Part shown: positions 1 to 12,949 of the stretch, piece after piece
How the letters are laid out: every line of letters begins with the position of its first letter
Position numbering within the stretch: position 1 is the first letter of the stretch
Assembly (NCBI RefSeq): GCF_000181795.1
Contig: NW_003526941.1
Span: 4,560,425 to 4,624,424, forward strand
Reading direction: 5' to 3'
DNA: 64,000 nt
Source of the DNA: Trichinella spiralis
Lineage: Eukaryota
Notes under the pieces: model-generated
The model's database searches: none
What the model saw: the letters and a program-made list of their open reading frames with translations, nothing else
What the model was told of the DNA's origin: nothing
Position numbers and translations under genes: made by a program

Positions 1-2825
1 GCATAATCTGAGTGGAATACCGCTCCACCACCCATCCACCACTTACGAGAGTGTGTGAATGCCCTTCGCCAATCCTGGTACCAATGCTTGCTTCATCAAT
101 AACCATATTCCCCAGTTCCATCACACACCAATAGTGATATATCCGCGGCCCACCCATGCCCTATGCTTTCAGAGTGGTATACGGGCGGCCCGCCCATCCA
201 ACATTCATTCTAATGATGTACCGTCTTACCCCTCCATGTGTTACTCCGTAATAGCGGCATGCCCTCCCCCACACCCATCAAGCCACCATTCTGAGCCATA
301 TAATTGATCACCGCCATTCTAATGCATGATCAGAGTGGAATACTCTCCCAACACCCATCCACCACTTACCCAGTGTTGTGAAGCCCGTCGCCAATCCTTA
401 TACTAATCGTTCGGTCATCTTTACCCGTTATCCCCCAGTCCATCACCTATCAATTTCTGTACACCCGTTGTCCACTCATCCCACAATACTTTCAGAGTGG
501 TATACGGGCCGCCCGCCCATCCAACATCCATTCTCACTTATTCACCTTTCTACGACACCATCCACCACTCACAAGGAGTGGTTCACTCATTCCACACTCC
601 TCCATTACCAATTCAATGTTGTATTCCTGCTCACAACATTTCCACCGCATAATCAGAATGGACCTCCCACCCCACTGCCTTTCCATCACCTACCCAGTGT
701 TGTGAACCCCCTCGACAATTCTTACACTAGTGATTCGGGCATCTATAACCACCCACTCCCAGTCCATCATCTATCGATTGTTGTATACACGCGGTCCACT
801 TCTCCTACATTGCATTCAGAGTGGTATACAGCCTCCCCGCCCATCCAACATTTATTCTCAGTGATGTACCTTTTTACCACTCCATTTGTTACTCCGTAAT
901 AGCGGCATGCCCTCCACACGCCCGTAAAGCCAAATTCTGAGTTATATAATTGATCACCGCCATTCCACTGCATAATCAGAGTGGAATACCCGCCCACCAC
1001 CCAACCACCACTTACCCAGTGTTGTAAAGCCCATCGCCAATCCTGGTACCGACCGTTCGGTCATCTATCGCCGTTATCCCCCAGTCCATCACCCATCAAT
1101 TTCTGTACAACCGTTGTCCACGCATCCCACAACACTTACAGAGTGGTATACGGCCCGCCTGCCCATCCAACATTCATTCTAATGATGTACCTTCTTACCA
1201 CTCCATTTGTTACTCCGTAATAGCGGCATGCCCTCCACACGCCCGTCAAGCCTCCATTCTGAGTTATATAATTCATCACCGCAATTACACTGCATAATCT
1301 GAGTGGAATACCCGCCCACCACCCAACCACCACTTACCCAGTGTTGTGAAGCCCATCGCCAATCCTTGTACCAATCCTTCGGTCATCAATACCCGTTGTC
1401 CCCTAGTCCACCACCCATCAATGGTTATATATCCGTTGACTACACATCCCACCATGCATTCAGAGTGGTATATGACCTGCCCGCCCATCCAACATTCATT
1501 CTCAATGATGTACCTTCTTACCACTCCGTCAGTTACTCTGTAATAACGGTATGCCCTCCTCACACCCGTCGTGCCCCTATTCTGAGTTATATAATTGATC
1601 ACCAGATTTCCACTGCATAAACAGAGTGGAATTCCCGCTCACCACCCATTCACCCCTTGCCCAGAGTTGTGAAGCCTTCCGCCAATCCTTGTACGAATCG
1701 TTCGGTCATCTCTACCCGTTATCCCCCAGTCCATCACCCATCCATTTCTGTACACCCGTTGTCCACTCATCCCACAGTACTTTTGGAGTGGTATACGGCC
1801 CCCCCCGCCCATCCAACATCACTTCCCACTGATGCACCTTTCTACGACTCCATCCACCACTGTGTATGAGTCGTTCACTCATAACACACCCCTCCATTAA
1901 CAATTCAATGTTGTATTCCTACTCACAACATTTCCAGCGCATAATCAGAGTGGAATTCCCACCCCTCTACCCTTTTTTTACCTACCTAGTGTTGTGAACT
2001 CCCTTGACAATCCTTACACCAGTGATTCGAACATCTATACCCACCCGCTCCCAGTCCATCATCTATTGATTGTTGTATACCCGCGTTCCACTTCTCCTAC
2101 AATGCATTCAGAGTGGTATACGGCCGTCCCGCCCATCCAACATTTATTCTCAATGATGTACCTTCTTACCACTTCGTCTGTTACTCTGTTATAGCGGTAT
2201 GCCCTCCCCACACCCGTCAAGCCCCCATTCTGAGTTTTTTAATTGATCACCACATTTCCACTGCATAATCAGAGTGGAATTTCCACCCCTTTTCCCTTCC
2301 ACTACCTACCTCGTGTTGTAAACCCCCTCGGCAATCTTTACATTTATCATTCGGCCATCTATACCCTCCCGCTCCCATTCCATCATCTATCCATTGTTGT
2401 ATGCGCTCATCCCACAATGCTTTCAGAGTGGTATACGGTCTACCTGCCCAACGAACAACCATTCACAGATGTGCTTCTTCCTACTATTCTGTCCATTATT
2501 TCTTAGTTGCGGTATACCCGCCCCACACTTTTCTAGTAACATTTCAGTGTTGTACTCTTGCTCAGCGCATTTCCATTGCATTATCAGAGTGGAAACCCCG
2601 TCCACTACCCCTCCATCAACGATTTAGAGTTGTGAAACAGAACGTGAATCCCTCTTTGAATCATTCGGCGTAGTATTTCCGCCCGCACACAGTCCATCAT
2701 CCATCAAGATTTCTGTACCTGCCAGCTATTCTACAAAACCCATTCAGAGAGTTATATTCCTCGCCTGCCCATCCACTATGCATTCATAATGATGTCCCTT
2801 TTTACCACTTTCTCCACTACTCCTT
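1..2825. repeat. Tandem satellite, ~322-bp monomer (about 9 copies in window, truncated by window start), C-rich on + strand
   Basis: Anchor GCATAATC(A/T)GAGTGGAAT recurs at ~1, 324, 647, 970, 1292, 1614, 1939, 2262, 2578. Second anchor TTCAGAGTGGTATAC recurs at ~167, 491, 815, 1137, 1459, 1782, 2107, 2422, 2743. Confidence 0.95.
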
Positions 2826-3488
2826 GACTGTTTGTTGGATTGTTGGCGTTAGGTACGTTGCTGGATTGTTGGGTTGGGGACGACCCCACTTCAGAAAAAC
2901 ACATGTAAAGAGCTGGAAGTATTTTCAATTTGTATGATATTTGTTTTATTAAATAGTTCGAAGAATGCTGTGCTTGATGTTATCAATGTATTTCCAATTT
3001 TAAGAATTTTAAAGCCTTTTGTTTGCAAAAAATGCGGCAAAATTTTCGTTAAAAAGTTATCATTTTTCAGTTTTCTTCATCGTGTGGCCTTAGTTTTGTA
3101 AAATTCGTAAAAGAAATTACAGCCTTGAGTATAGCACGTTATTCTGCATATTTTGATACGAAAGTCAGTTCTATAGTCATTTTTTTGGTTCTGAAATTAC
3201 TACGTTTTTTTAAGCCTTTTCTGTAGTTTTGACATGAACGCATGGAAATGTTGTGTAGGAGATCAGTATTTCATATTTTGTGGTTTAACTATGCATTATT
3301 AATTTAATTTTAGGTATTTTGATTAAAATTTCATTATTTGAAATAAATTTTAAGACTCTTCAAGCTAAAATATTCAACAAAGTTGACGTAATAAATCTGT
3401 TGATCTTCCTTTATTTGGAAGTGCTAGGATAAACATCACAATGCTCACAGTAGCTGCGCAGGTGTTCATTGCAGCATGGAAGCAGAAT

Positions 3489-3716
3489 GCAGAGGATCTC
3501 TTGGCTAAAAAAACCACGATTGTGGGAACATTGTGGAGGAATAAAAAGGAAGTGCCATCATAATTAACAGAAGTCAGGGGGTGAGAAGTGGGTTCGTCAT
3601 TGTTTGTTACTCTTGTAAGCTACATCCAGAAGCGAATGAAATGCGTCTTGCTGATGTCGACAATGCACCATGATGATGCAGTAAATGAAGATCAAGAACG
3701 AAAACAGGATATCGTA
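3489..3716 (+). mobile_element. piggyBac-family (PGBD4-like, DDE_Tnp_1_7) transposase relic with in-frame stops
   Basis: Manual translation: AEDLLAKKTTIVGTLWRNKKEVPS*LTEVRG*EVGSSLFVTLVSYIQKRMKCVLLMSTMHHDDAVNEDQERKQDIV. This matches the piggyBac motifs GT(L/V)RxNK, TLVSY and VLLLSTMH. Too broken to appear in the ORF track; TIRs not identified. Confidence 0.85.
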
Positions 3717-5029
3717 CCTTCTGCCTTCTTACAAGTCGGCATTTAATATAAAATGAGTATGCAGTTTATTACTTGTATTCATATTATTTCTAGTATTTCA
3801 AATATGCTTAGTAAGAAAGATAAGGATTTCCGCATTCCATTTTTTTACTTGTGTCAGAAATTTTTTTCTTGTGTCAGAAATTTAAACTTTTAATTGAAAA
3901 GGTGTTATTCAGAAGTATCACAGTTGTGACTCTACTTTGTGATAAAGTAAGAATACTTTTAATATATTTTTGCAGATAAAATTAATGAAGCAAAGAAAAA
4001 GTGAAAATGCGGATAACACGAATCAGAACAAGTGAAGCCCAGTGGTAAATGCGATTTCTCGTCTGTAATGATTCTGTGTGATTGGGCTTTAGTATACTTA
4101 GAAAGTATGAAGATATTCCTTAGTTTATTTGAATAATTTAAGTTTGTAATATATAATATATAAATAAGATGTTTTTCACAGTAAAACTGTACATTTGATT
4201 TTTCCTATTATGTTACGATTTGGTTAGATTTGATTTTGTTTGGTTAGTTTTGGCAAAGCAACAAAATAATTTGTCAATTTTCTTGTTATGGCGTTTTTCC
4301 ACAGGTAGTTTATATTTTGACTGAATTTGAAATACCAAGGTCATTTCTGAATTTTTGAATAGTGAATTAACTGTGCATTTGAACTCTTTCTCCAAGAAAA
4401 TTGAAATGAATTCCATTTAATATTGCGCATTTGATGTATTAACGGTTCGCTTTGCATTAATTTTCAATGTTGCTAATTTCTCAGCTTTAGGTTAGAATTA
4501 CTTCCTCATCTTGAAAGTTTTACAATCCACTAAAACTGATTTCTAGCGCTGCATTATGCAAATAACGATCAATAGAAAATTGCATGATCATCAGTGACTA
4601 TGAACTTGTCTGTTTGACTTAGGTGGCAAGTGGCAAAGTTGACAAACGTTTTGTCGTTAAGTAGTTCCATTTTAATCCATGTTACTATTTCTTGAAAGTG
4701 TATATTCAATCATATTATGCTAGCGGTATCTTTAACTAAAATGGTTTATTTCATCTGTTTAAAAATACTTTCTGCAGTATTTCAATTTTGCTAAGTGATA
4801 AAACGAGAAAATCTTAGATACAACATTTACTATTCTTGCAGATACGACAAATGAAGAAACGAAAAAGTGGAAAAAGGACGACACGCAGCAAATAGGGCAC
4901 TAAGCGAATCAGAACAAGAAAAAACCAAAGGTATATGACGTTCCGCATGGGTACCAATTTTGTACCTCTGTGCTAGTGATACAATGAATGCGTGAAATTC
5001 TTCTTCCTGTACTTTTCCTTCCATTAAGA

Positions 5030-5460
5030 TAAACTATCTTTCAACTCAGTTTATAAGAAAATCGTTCAACTTCGTATATAGAGGATATCCTTCAACACCA
5101 CCAATTCAGAGAGGTATATTAACCCACCACAATTCCACCGCGGATTCAGAATCTTGAACATGGTTTGGTACTACTGGGTCCCGCTTTTCTCTCATTGGTC
5201 TTTACCCATACATATCATTGTACCATACCGGCCCAGGATTAGCCCAACACCCATTAAAATTTTTATACCCGCCAGTCACTAACTCCACAAACCATTCAGA
5301 GTGCTATACCCCCGGCCAGCCCATCTATCATCCATTCACAATGTTGCAACTTTCTACCATTTCATCTATTACTCTTTGCTAGCGGTATACTCTCCCCACA
5401 CTTCTCTAGCACCAGTTCAGAGTGGAATACCCGCCCACCACCCTTCTACTACCTATTCAT
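5030..5460. repeat. Degenerate outlier of the 1-2825 satellite, preceded by 26-bp-repeat-like sequence
   Basis: Contains ttcagagtgctatacccc, tagcggtatactctccccacac and ttcagagtggaatacccgcccacc, all satellite motifs. AAACTATCTTTCAACT at ~5031 also occurs at ~11343. Confidence 0.75.
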
Positions 5461-7829
5461 GGTTGGGGTCATGTCTTATGCGCTTTATTTTCTCTGCGAT
5501 AACCAGTGAAATGTATATTGCATAGCTTTTCTGCCTTTCATACAAGTCTTACTGTGTCTGCTTTCATTACGTTATCGAGCAAAAATTTTCACGGCTGTTA
5601 ATCTAAAGTCACAATAAAAGCAATATACGAGAGACAATTTTACAATAATAAAAATTATGTTATTCTCCAATTACTAGATATCATTGGTTTGCTGAAAAAT
5701 AAGCATATCAATTGTGTAAAATCAATTTTCATTTTTCAAACCGTATTATTTTTTCGCGCATCATGTCATTCCATTATGATGATCATCAGACTGTTGTTTC
5801 TATTCTCTTTTATCTCTGTTGAACACAACCAACTGCTTTACACTGAAAATTCAGTGTTCATCATTTTCCTTTTAACATGCAACAATTAATACTGTTATCG
5901 ATCGAAATCTTATTCATGCATTTGTCACAGGGTGAAGATTATTAAATTGTTCAACTGAATGCGCTTCTCATTTTCTGCAACTATTTATTGTTTTCTACGC
6001 AAAAATATTTTATCATCTTCAGCATTCATTCATCAGTCGTCATGGCTGTCCCGCTTTACATCACCAAGCATTATCATACATTATGAATAATTTCATTAAC
6101 AAATTGTCAAGTATGTGATTTTTCATTTTTATCTCCACTATTTATTATCCTATAAATGTTACTTTATTATTACTTTATAAATGTCTACTATTTATACATT
6201 ATAATAGATTTAAAATGTAGCTGATGTTAGATTTGGCGAATGTAAAGTCGACGTTTCTAGCAAGCTTTAGTTGCTAAGCAAACAAACGGGAAGGCAATGA
6301 ACGAATGGAAATTTGCATGTTAACGAGACACGCCTAATAATGATGAAATAATTTGACTTAACTTCCGCTTTAAAACTTTAATAATAACTTTATTTAATTT
6401 ACTTTATTTGGGCTATCCAATCGCTTCTAGATGTGCGAAGCAATATTATCGTTAATATTGTAAAATTCTATCTTATTTCTTGTTGTTTGTTCGATTTTGC
6501 ATCAACGGACGTAGAGATTGTTTGCTGAGAACAACAAAAAGTAGGCGTACTACATGTTTAGTACAATCTTCATGCAAATTTGCATTTACGAAAAGAAAAT
6601 CAAATATTAATCGTAAAGCGTAACTCATCGATGATCATGTTGCGTATGATTTGAATTTGCATCAATTCAAGAATTCTAAATTTTGTTGTGAGGATGATTT
6701 TGGAATGTTTGTAGGCGGATGGTGTCCTGCAACATCAGAATAAAGGACGACTTCAAAGGAAACCTGACAAGCAACATGATTTATATTCAATATGGCCAAT
6801 CAGGTTGTGCAACTCTTCAGAACATGTATATCTCCAAATGATGGGAAATTGACTATTTTTGTAAGTTACAGTTTTTTTATTGAATGACATTGTAATATTG
6901 CTTGAAATAGATACTGAATATATAATTGCTAAATTATAACTAAGGAATCGGTTCTTTGAAATTAATAAGTTAACTCTATTGAATATGGTATTCATTGCAA
7001 AGTATAATTATCCTGCTGACTAATATTGCATGCGTAGGCAGCGATCATACACTAATAGTTGATTGTTGTTTAATTTACGTACGATTAACGTTGCCGTTCA
7101 GTTCCATTTAAGTTACGGTTTTTTATGCTTCTTTCAATTACGTCATAATATAATTTGAGATAGATAGTGACTTTCATTGGTAATATTTTGAGGATTTTGT
7201 TGTTGTTTAGCAATTATTATAGTATAGTCTTTGTTGCTAACTCATTACATTACCTCACGTTTTCAAAGCATACATGCATTTCTAGGTCAGCGGAGTATGT
7301 TTATGCTAATGTGAAGGTGAACATTGCCGATGGCATTCTGCTTCGTGCACTTTGTGCCATTCTAATCCGGAAGTAATTTTCCTTATATAAATTTCTCCTT
7401 ATAGAGAGAACTGCACTATTATTTAATTATTCGTTGCTGAAGAGCGTTCTAATTACTCACTGCACTGCGTTATTTGGTCAATTTGGTGCTTCACTACAAG
7501 AAATACATTGTGATTGTTAGACTGAAAATATGTTGAAACCACGAACATCAGCAGGAAAATTTACGGCTCTGCGTTTACTTTATACCTCATCACTGACAGG
7601 TATGAGTTTTTACATATTTGGTGTTTTTTTCATCGTTTTCTTTCATTCTCTCTCAAACTGAATTGCACGAAACATCGCCATTTTGCCACCTTTCATAGTA
7701 GTTTAATTTTAACTTTTATGTGCAGAAACAAATGGGTTTTTTATCTGTAGCGACTTTCAACAAATAATTGGCATTTTATTAGAGACATCTTTATAAATAC
7801 GCTGGTTTAACAAGCAAAAGCTCATTTAC

Positions 7830-8490
7830 AATAGTCTTTACAAATGCTATAGCAAATTAGTATTGACAAAATACTCGAATTACTCCCACATTATGTTCAG
7901 TGCGCTCGGCAGTGCTTACTGTTCAGGTAACATACTTGGCTAACTGGTTAATGGAAATGTCGATTCCGTGACCAGGATGCTGCAGTCGAACTGATCAGTT
8001 TGTACATAGGATTGTTTCAGCTTGACATAGGAAAGCGGCTGTCACGTAGAGAACCCACTTCCACTTATGACTGGTGAAGCTATCAGAATGGCCCTAACGT
8101 TCCTTTTGTCCTTGAAAATGAATCCTGAAAAGTGCTATGATGTCATTGTATTGTAAGTAGCACTGACTTAGTGGGACATGTTTTCCATCACTGAGGAAAT
8201 AGCTCCATCTCCATTAATGTGGCAGTATTTATAAAACTGATACAACCCCTGATGATAATGCGTGATGCTTGAGCGAAGGAGCTAAAAACCTTTACGTCCA
8301 TTCTACATTTCCACCCTTGTTCCTTCCTCCTTTGCTGCTCCACCCTTATTTCCTGTCAGATGGTCCTTATCCCAGAACTGTTAATTGCTCTGAACTGAAT
8401 CGAGATCAGGCTCAACTGAAAATTTTTCCTCCCCTCCCGGACCCCAATTTCGAGTTGAATGAACTGCGCTCAGCTACTGTGTCCTGATAT
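7830..8490 (-). pseudogene. Degenerate coding relic of unknown family; diverged paralog on + at ~22080-22760
   Basis: Shared frame with synonymous-type changes: DISINQLAKYVT*...NVGVIRVFCQY*...AFVKTI vs DSSIKQLAKYFTS...NVGVVQRLCQYY...AFVRTI; LSAVHSTRN vs LSAVHSARN. Both copies have stops and frameshifts. Confidence 0.45.
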
Positions 8491-9699
8491 AAATTCTATG
8501 ATTTCACTAAATTGCCATCGACTCCTGAGACCTTAGTGATAAGGGTGATTCAATAAATCTTCCTTACTCCTGGCTGTTATGTTTTATTGTTATTATAAAA
8601 TGCAATACGGAGCGGTCACTTGCAGCAGTTTCTCATAGTCATTGAAAAATCTTGAGAGACTCGATTCCTTCAATTGCGTATATCTTTTATTGTATTCAGT
8701 TGTGCTAACGCCGTGCTCAACTAAGTTTACACTCTTAGCTTAAATTATTATCAGAAAGCGCAGACAAACCGAAACGGCAAGTTGAGATAAGCCTTGCATG
8801 CGCAATCGGTAACCACCATGAAGCTTACTTGTTTGGAAAATTCTGTGTTTAGATGAAGCTTTCATTGTGTTGTGTGTATTATGAAAGAATTATTTTACGT
8901 AAGTTTTGGAAAAGTGTTTAAAATCATTTCAAAAGATGTAAAAAGTTGATTTACAAAATGAGAAGTGAATTTTTATACTTTTTAAAAGAATTTTATTATT
9001 AATTATTACGTTGAATTGGTATTGGCATTTGTGTTTGAAGTTTAAAAAAATTTACATAAAGGTGTAGTAAAAGTAAGTGTGATGTTAGAGATGAAATGCA
9101 AATTTTATAATCCGAAGATTGTTTACGGAGAAGCAGAATAAACATTCGTTTGCTGGCTAGTAGTAATGTTTTGCGGTTTGCAAATGGTTCTGAAAAATCT
9201 GCTTCTGGTACAATTTTTTTTCAAACACTTTCAAATTCCTGGCCGGGATGTTGCGGCAGTTTCAATAACATTTTTAATGACAAATGTATTGTTTCTATTT
9301 CATGAATATTCATTTTTAGAGATCTACATGAAACTTTTTGTTTTTAATAGCTATTTGTTGGGTGATTAATAATTCTATGTTATTTCCAAGTATGAATTGT
9401 AATTATTGTAATTCTCATCCAATTTAACTACTCTCCATAAATATATTGAATGCGTTGTTCATGAAAATCTGCTTGTTTCTAATTCGACTAAACGTTACAT
9501 AATTCCTGTGGTAATTATTATCATTATAAAATTAAATCTATTTTTTTTATAAATCTGAAAATGCATTTTATTTTCTAAACTGCTTTCAGTTTTACTATAA
9601 ATCTAATTCTGATTTGTAGAAATACAATATTCGTACATTATTCTATCACCTCAATTTCAATCAGCTAAATTCAGCTCATCAAATTTGCATAATAATGCG

Positions 9700-9770
9700 C
9701 TATTACGTAGTAATGCAATATTACGTAATAGTGCAATATTACGTAGTAATGCAATCTTACGTAGTAATAT
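9700..9770. repeat. 18-bp tandem repeat (ATTACGTAGTAATGCAAT x~4) with palindromic core
   Basis: Seen directly. Copies at ~15250-15320 and inverted, one unit shorter, at ~21270-21330. Confidence 0.85.
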
Positions 9771-9855
9771 GAAGTGTGTAAATAAAAACGTAATAAATTT
9801 CATCGTCTCGTTTAGTAACGTTGTTCATAAAATTCATTGCACTGCGCTATTACTG

Positions 9856-11085
9856 ATGGCGAATTAGGTTGTTCTTCCGGAGGCAAAGTAAATATTCATT
9901 TGCATAATTTACTTATTATACGTTTAATCAGAGTACTTTGATTACTTTAGGTTATTCTGTTCACTGGATTGCTGTCCGTCAGGCGCTTTGTCAACTATAT
10001 TTCCGCTCTTCAAAACGAACCAGGAAATAGTGGTAAGTTGGATTTGATATTTTGGTGGTGGTATGCTATGCATGTTGCTTTACTAATATGGTGAATGGAA
10101 ACTGACAGGTCTTTTTCTCGTGTTATTATTGCTAACTTTCAGATACATTCAGATGTTGAAGACGAAGAAGTTCGCATTTCTGTTTTTTCGCTTTAGATGA
10201 CGGCATTAATATAATTCACTTTCAGAATTTATATTATATTCATATCAATGATCAAACACAAAGAAACAAACAAAGAGATTCTGAAAAATTAGTGAATATG
10301 GTAACTATGCATTATTATAATTTTGCACAGCTTTTTGAAATTATTCAGTGAAATTTAGATTGTAGATTTGCTACGCCTTCAACTCCACATCACTTGAATC
10401 TTAACTGCAGCGCACAATTAAAACATGTAGATAATATCGTAGATTGAGTAGCCTTGATTTGAATATCTGAAAAACTGTATTTCCAATGAAATTAGAAATC
10501 TTAATGTTGCTTCAGATACAGAAGTTGCTTCAATTTATATACCACTGTATTAATTTCTTTTTAGAAAATTTCAACTTTTTTTATTCATTATGTTGCTCAG
10601 TTTTCTTTATAGGGACATAACAAGCAAATAATGCACCGATATTACAACTCTATTTATACGTATCGTACATTTTATTTGAACTGACAATAGAAGTTGCATT
10701 TTTTTAATTAGAAAGGTGTTCATGTTCACATCAGTATGTTCCATATGTAGCATCTGAAACATCCGTAAGTATTTAACTTGCTCCTGATTGCAGTTGGATA
10801 CATAAATTGTACACATTTTATTCATAACAGCATTACATTGACGTCAAGCGAATACGATGTTTCTTCTGATGGCACATTCAGTTAGTTGAAGTTGGTGCAT
10901 TGAAGTTTCCTTGTGGTCCTGGTGTGTTCATACGTATCATAAGATAATGAGGAATTAAATGATTGTAATTGTAGCAGATTACGTTGAGACAGTCGTGTAG
11001 CGCTGGTATCCGTATAAATGCTATCAATGTATTGGTGAGAGTTGCCATCAGTGCGTTCCCAGTGTAATATGATAAACATTAGTAA
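9856..11085 (+). pseudogene. Decayed multi-exon gene of unknown family, possibly a secreted protein; mirrored on the - strand at ~19640-21185
   Basis: Exon tttag|GTTATTCTG...GGAAATAGTG|gtaagt (9951-10032) reads VILFTGLLSVRRFVNYISALQNEPGNS, hydrophobic at its N-end. Further acceptors (ttcag at ~10142, ~10516) and gtaagt donors (~10765, ~11082) have positional equivalents in the other arm. No intact long frame. Confidence 0.4.
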
Positions 11086-11219
11086 GTAGTTTTTGTTTTC
11101 TGTTGTAACTGTGGATTACGTCGTCTCATTCATTACGTCATTACGTACCGATGCCAACCCGTGTTCACCTGTCCTTCGCCGTTACCCTCCTCTTCGCTTA
11201 TATAAATTTTTGCTGCAAA

Positions 11220-11490
11220 TCAGTTTATACAAATTTAAACTAGTTTATAAAATTTATATATATACAGTTTATACAAACTGATTTTATTTAAACTATCCTC
11301 CAACTTACTTTATATAAACTATTCTTCTGACTGAGTTTATGCAAACTATCTTTCAACTGATTTTACATAAACTGTCTTTTAACTAAGTTTATACAAACCA
11401 TCTTTCTGCTCCATTTATACCATCTTTTAGCTGCGTATACCCGCCTGCCACGTCCTCTATCTCCCTTTCAGAGTGGTATACCCGCCGTCT
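11220..11490. repeat. Degenerate ~26-bp minisatellite (GTTTATACAAACTATCTTTCAACTGA-like) followed by a satellite remnant
   Basis: About 7-8 imperfect units at 11220-11410, then ttcagagtggtatacccgcc at ~11467. Confidence 0.75.
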
Positions 11491-11939
11491 CAATAACGTT
11501 TAACACAAAAAGTAAGAAGGAATTCAATATTGTTTATGATAGCAATCAAATACGTTAAATAATTATAACCAGCATGTCGCTAGGTAATCTGGCATTTTGT
11601 TTTTGATAGAAATGGATTACGTCAATATAATGAGAGAATTTTCGTTAAGATGCCACTCTCAAATTGCGTTTCCCACAGGTTCTGAAGTTTTTCCTTGTCA
11701 CACCAGGTAAGGAAGAATTATCAAGGTTCCACAGCGTCCACAGTGCTGTGTTGCAAAATTTATTTTTATCTTATCGCTGATTTAATGTTTTTATGCCTGC
11801 ATGTGAAAATAAGAACCGCATCCTGAATGACCGCCATCGATTAACGTAAGTAGTTCTATTTTTCTGCTAATTTATAAACCTATTTAAGGAACAATGAAAT
11901 GCACTGTTATTCATCTTAGATCAATTTTAGATCTGCATA

Positions 11940-12900
11940 GTACAGGTAAGTAGCGTCAAAGTGTTTATAGCTGAGAATGCGTAGAGGTAAGTTGGGTGCA
12001 GGTAAGTACAGTATAGATGTAATTATAAACAAACAGAGTAGAGGCAAGTACAGAGCACGTAATTATACATCACGTGTATACATCATCTAGAGATACGCAG
12101 AGTGCAGGTAAGTCGTGCAGGTAAGAATAGTGTAGAGGTAAGTAGAGTGCAGGTAAGTATAGTGTAGAGGTAAGTAGAGTGCAGGTAAGTATAGTGTAGA
12201 GGTAAGTAGAGTGCAGGTAAGTATAGTGTAGAGGTAAGTAGAGTGCAGGTAAGTATAGTGTAGAGGTAAGTAGAGTGCAGGTAAGTATAGTGTAGAGGTA
12301 AAGTAGAGTGCAGGTAAAGTATAGTGTAGAGGAAAGTAGAGTGCAGGGAAAGTAGAGTGCAGGTAAATTAGAGTGTAGAGGAAAGTAGAGGGCAGGTAAA
12401 TAAAAGGCCAGTAAGAAAGGGGAAAGGTAGTACAATGGAGGGCAGGAAAACGGATTAGTTGGGATTTTCTTTGGGAAGCTCCAACGTGCTTGGGGAAAAA
12501 AAAAATTGGGATATTGCCCCAGCGGATAAAAATTTGCTAAAACCTTCCTAGGGCAATTTTGTGGAAAATGGGCCCGGGCTAACTTTGGGGAATAGCAATT
12601 TTTTTTTTGCTGGGGATAACCCGGGGGGAAAACCGGGGGCTTTTTTAAAAAATTCAAATTTTTGGAATTTTCCTGGGGGAACCGGGGGGCGCCCGGGGGA
12701 AAAAAATTTTTTATTTCCCCCGGGGATAAAATTTTAAAACCCCCCCGGGAAANNNNNNNNNNGTAAGTAGAGTGCCGGTAAGTATAGTGTAGAGGTAAGC
12801 AGACTGCCGGAGTACAGGTAAGTATAGTGTAGAGGTAAGTAGAGTGCCGGTAAGTATAGTGTAGAGGTAAGCAGAGTGCAGGTAAGTATAATGTATAAGT
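11940..12900 (+). repeat. 32-bp minisatellite GTGCAGGTAAGTATAGTGTAGAGGTAAGTAGA (two AG|GTAAGT donor consensus sites per unit), interrupted by low-quality sequence and a gap
   Basis: Clean units at ~12100-12300 and 12773-12900; scattered precursor copies at 11943, 11984 and 11999. Confidence 0.9.
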
Positions 12901-12949
12901 AAAGAGAGGGAAGGCAAGTACAGCGTAATAGCTGTGAATTCTGCTTGAG

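Larger units (their letters stand above)
5515..11090 (+). repeat. Left arm of a large inverted duplication (partner ~19640-24550)
   Basis: Near-identical reverse-complement blocks 6248-7510 vs 23083-24326 and 8985-10560 vs 20440-22045. ORF pairs 6753-6995(-)/23580-23798(+) and 9166-9369(+)/21655-21876(-) reflect this. Diverged homology at 5515-5715, 7520-8490 and 10750-11090. Confidence 0.9.

Noticed and set aside
59..2673. Many overlapping 60-173 aa ORFs
   Set aside because: They are translations of the satellite; stops and frames differ between monomers.
8135..8205. C/D snoRNA-like pattern (ATGATG...CTGA...CTGA)
   Set aside because: The C box is imperfect and the CTGA boxes are lost in the paralog at ~22375-22450; no rRNA guide recognised.
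12098..12400. CRISPR-like array or tandem U1 snRNA genes
   Set aside because: No unique spacers, no cas genes and a eukaryotic context. Only the first ~11 nt resemble U1, with no U1 stem-loops or Sm site.
12400..12752. Apparently novel homopolymer-rich GC sequence (also 15759-16320 and 16968-17290)
   Set aside because: Degraded read-end versions of 12900-13230, 11400-11900 and 18600-18940 next to gaps.
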